This document shows, in pieces, positions 60,943-64,000 of a DNA stretch of 64,000 nt. Under the pieces are notes generated by a model, which worked only from the letters and a program-made list of their open reading frames with translations, had not been told where the DNA came from and searched no databases. Source of the stretch: Squalus acanthias. Its lineage: Eukaryota. A program made the translations under genes and the position numbers. The DNA is taken from assembly GCA_030390025.1 (NCBI GenBank), contig JASTWF010000110.1, forward strand, positions 372,001 to 436,000. Reading direction: 5' to 3'. Every line of letters begins with the position of its first letter. Within the stretch, counting starts at the first letter, position 1.

Positions 60943-62055
60943 GCACAAGATAAGAGCTCACGGGGTTGGGGGTAATATATTAGCATGGATAGAGGATTGG
61001 CTAACTAACAGAAAACAGGGAGTCGGGATAAATGGGTCATTTTCAGGTTGGCCAGCTGTACCTAGTGGGGTGCTGCATGGCTCAGTGCTGGGGCCTCAAC
61101 TATTTACAATCGATATTAATGACTTGGATGAAGGGACCGAGTGTCATGCAGTCAAATTTGCTGATGATACAAAGATAGGTGGGAAAGCAAATTGTGTGGA
61201 GGATGCAAAGAATCTCCAAAGGGATATAGATAGGCTAAGTGAGTGGGCAAAAATCTGGCAGATGGAGAATAATGTGGGAAAATGTGAGGTTATCCACTTT
61301 GTTAGGAAAAATAAATAAGCAAATTATTATTTAAATGGGGACAGATTACAAAATGCTGAGGTACAGAGGCATCTGGGGGTCCTTTTACATGAATCACAAA
61401 TAGTTAGCTTGCAGGTACAGCAAGTAATTAGGAAGGCAAATGGAATGTTGGCCTTTATTGCAAAGGGAATGGAGTATAAAAGTAGGGAAGTCCTGTTACA
61501 ACTGTACAGGGCGTTGGTGAGACCACACCTGGAGTACTGCGTACAGTTTTGGTCTCCTTATTTAAGGAAGGATATACTTGCATTGGAGGCAGTTCAGAGA
61601 AGGTTCACGCGGTTGATTCCGGAGATGAAGGGGTTGTCTTATGAAGAAAGGTTGAGCAGGTTGGGCCTATACTCACTAGAGTTTAGAAGAATGAGAGGTG
61701 ATCTTATTGAAATATATAAGATTCTGAAGGGGCTTGACAGGGTAGATGCAGAGAGGATGTTTCCCCTCGTGGGGGAATCTAGAACTAGGGGGCATAATTT
61801 CAGAATAAGGGGGCACCCATTTAAAACGGAGATGAGGAGGAATTTCTTCTCTCAGAGGGTCGTGAATCTTTGGAATTCTCTTCCCCAGAGAGCTGTGGAG
61901 GCTGGGTCATTGAATATATTTAAGGTGGAGATAGACAGATTTTTGAATGATAAGGGAGTCAAGGGTTATGGGGAGCGGGCAGGGAAGTGGAGTTGAGGCC
62001 AAGATCAGATCAGCCATGATCTTATTGAATGTCGGAGCAGACTCGAGGGGCCAAA
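60943..62055 (+). mobile_element. CR1 3' part
   Basis: KFADDTKIGG, RPHLEYCVQFWSP, RRNFFSQRVV. Confidence 0.92.
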
Positions 62056-64000
62056 TAGAAACATAGAAACGTAGAAGATAGGAGCAGGAGTAGGCCATTC
62101 GGCCCCTCGAGCGTGCTCCACCAATAAATGAGATCATGGCTGATCATCCAAACTCAGTACCCTGTCCCTGCTTTCTCCCCATATCCCTTGATCCCTTTAG
62201 CCTTAAGAAATATATCTAACTCCTTCTTGAATATATTTAATGAATTGGCCTCAACTGCCTTCTGTGGTAGAGAATTCCACAGGTTCACCACTCTCTGAGT
62301 GAAGAAATTCCTCCTCATCTCAGTCCTAAATGGCTTACCCCTTATCCTTAGACTGTGACCCCTGGTTCTGGACTCCCCTGCCATCGGGAACATCCTTCCT
62401 GCATCTAGTCTGTCTAGTCCTGTTAGAATTTTATATGTTTCAATGAGATCCCCTCTCATTCTTCTAAACTCTAGCGAATATAAGCCTAATCGACCCAATC
62501 TCTCTTCATACGTCATTCCTGCCATCCCAGGTATCAGTCTGGTGAATCTTCGCTGCACTCCCTCCATGGCAAGAACATCCTCAGATAAGGTGACCAAAAC
62601 TGCACACAATACTCAAGGTGTGGTCTCACCAAGGCCCTGTACAACTGCAGCAATACATCCTTGCTCCTGTACTTGAATCCTCTTGCTATGAAGGCCAACA
62701 TACCATTTGCCTTCTTAACCGCCTGCTGCACCTGCATGCTTACCTTTAGCGACTGGTGCACAAGGACACGCAGGTCTCGTTGCACTTCCCATTTTCCCAA
62801 TCTATTGCCGTTCAGATAATAATCTGCCTTCCCGTATTTGCCCCCAAAGTGGATAACCTTGCATTTATCCACATTATACTGCATCTGCCATGCATCTGCC
62901 CAATCACCCAACCTGTCCAAATCATACTGGAGTTTCTCTGCTTCCTCCTCACAGCACACACGCCCACCCAGCTTTGTGTCATCTGCAAACTTGGAGATAT
63001 TGGCCCAGAAATTTGACTCGGAGGCTTGCCGCGGGGGTAAGGATCTTGCGCAAAATCACACTCCGCGCCAGCCATTGTGTTTCGGGCCCACAGGAACTTC
63101 GGGTCCTGGGCCTCTCCCTGGTGCTGGCACGCAGTGTGTGCGTGTCCCAGAGGCGCAGTTAGTGCGATGCGACTCCTGGGATCACGTGGGCCATGGAGAG
63201 CCAATGGCAGCGGATCATCTTTCATTCATAGATTTGACATGAGAACTGTCAAATCTATGAATACAAATTGCCCCCAAAAGAACAGCTAAACCTCAAATAA
63301 ATTTTTAAAAAAACCATCACATTAATAAAATAACTATAGTTAAATAAATAAACCACTTTAAACAAAAATTTAAATTTTTGAAAAAATGAAAATTCTTTTT
63401 AAAAGTTATAAAAATAAACTTACCTTTCTTTAAAGTCTCTAAAAAGATAAACCTGTTGAAAATTTTTTAAAATTATACTTAATTAACTACTTACCTTGTT
63501 AAAAGGGGGTCTTACGCCTCCTTTTTTATGTGTAAATTCTTCCATACTTACCCTCGCGTTGAAACCTGAAAAAAAACCTAAGTGTGCTGCGTGCGCACAA
63601 CCTGTAGTGCGCACGTGGTTCACCTAGGAACCGCCCCCTTCGCCATACCGGAAGTGACGGTTTCCCGCGCATGCACAGTGCATGCAGGAAACCGGCACTT
63701 CGGGATCTAATACGGGTGAGTACACACTGCGTACTCTCCCGTATTAGGCCGAATTTTTGGGCCATTACATCTAGTTCCCTCGTCTAGATCATTAATATAT
63801 ATTGTGAATAACTGGGGTCATAGCACCGATCCCTGCGGTACCCCACTAGTCACTGCCTGCCACTCGGAAAAAGACCAGTTTATTCCAACTCTTTGCTTCC
63901 TGTTTGCCAACCAGTTTTCTATCCAAATCAGTACCTTACACCCAATCCCATGTGCTTTAATTTTGCACGCTAATCTCTTATGCGGGACCTTATCGAAAGC
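62056..64000 (-). mobile_element. CR1 of the young family, tail-to-tail with the preceding copy; runs off the right edge
   Basis: Reverse complement of about 1228-2403. Confidence 0.95.
63002..63763 (-). mobile_element. Harbinger-type MITE (family A)
   Basis: TIRs ggcccagaaatt / aatttttgggcc; TSD ATT; removal restores CR1 ttggagatattacatc. Confidence 0.9.

Overview
Repeat-dominated vertebrate genomic DNA, most likely from a cartilaginous fish (shark-type CR1 LINEs, a V-SINE/HE1-like SINE, Deu-domain SINEs, L2, Penelope, PIF/Harbinger elements). The species cannot be determined by eye. One host gene can be reconstructed on the minus strand and is largely missed by the ORF track. It has five exons (44776-44704, 36629-36240, 29205-29014, 27062-26983, 25093-24935) and encodes a type I membrane receptor with a single HEPACAM/CEACAM-N-like Ig V domain, a stalk, a TM helix and a tail with two ITIM-like positions. 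It has two oddities. First, the codon at the tyrosine position of the first ITIM is a TAA stop (LM*SLL), which cuts off the intact second motif (SVYAFV). Second, 16 stalk codons are a 48-bp in-frame piece of LINE2, identical to an L2 copy in the next intron. Two further degenerate copies of the leader region (about 7.9-8.1 kb and 49.0-49.1 kb) suggest a tandem birth-and-death gene family. The remainder is nested mobile DNA: a Myb/SANT-carrying Harbinger containing a solo LTR, many Harbinger-type MITEs with 3-bp TSDs, a Penelope with an open RT+GIY-YIG frame, minimal hammerhead ribozyme motifs, and several minisatellites. Repeat boundaries are approximate unless TIR/TSD positions are quoted, and family names come from motif recognition, not database searches.
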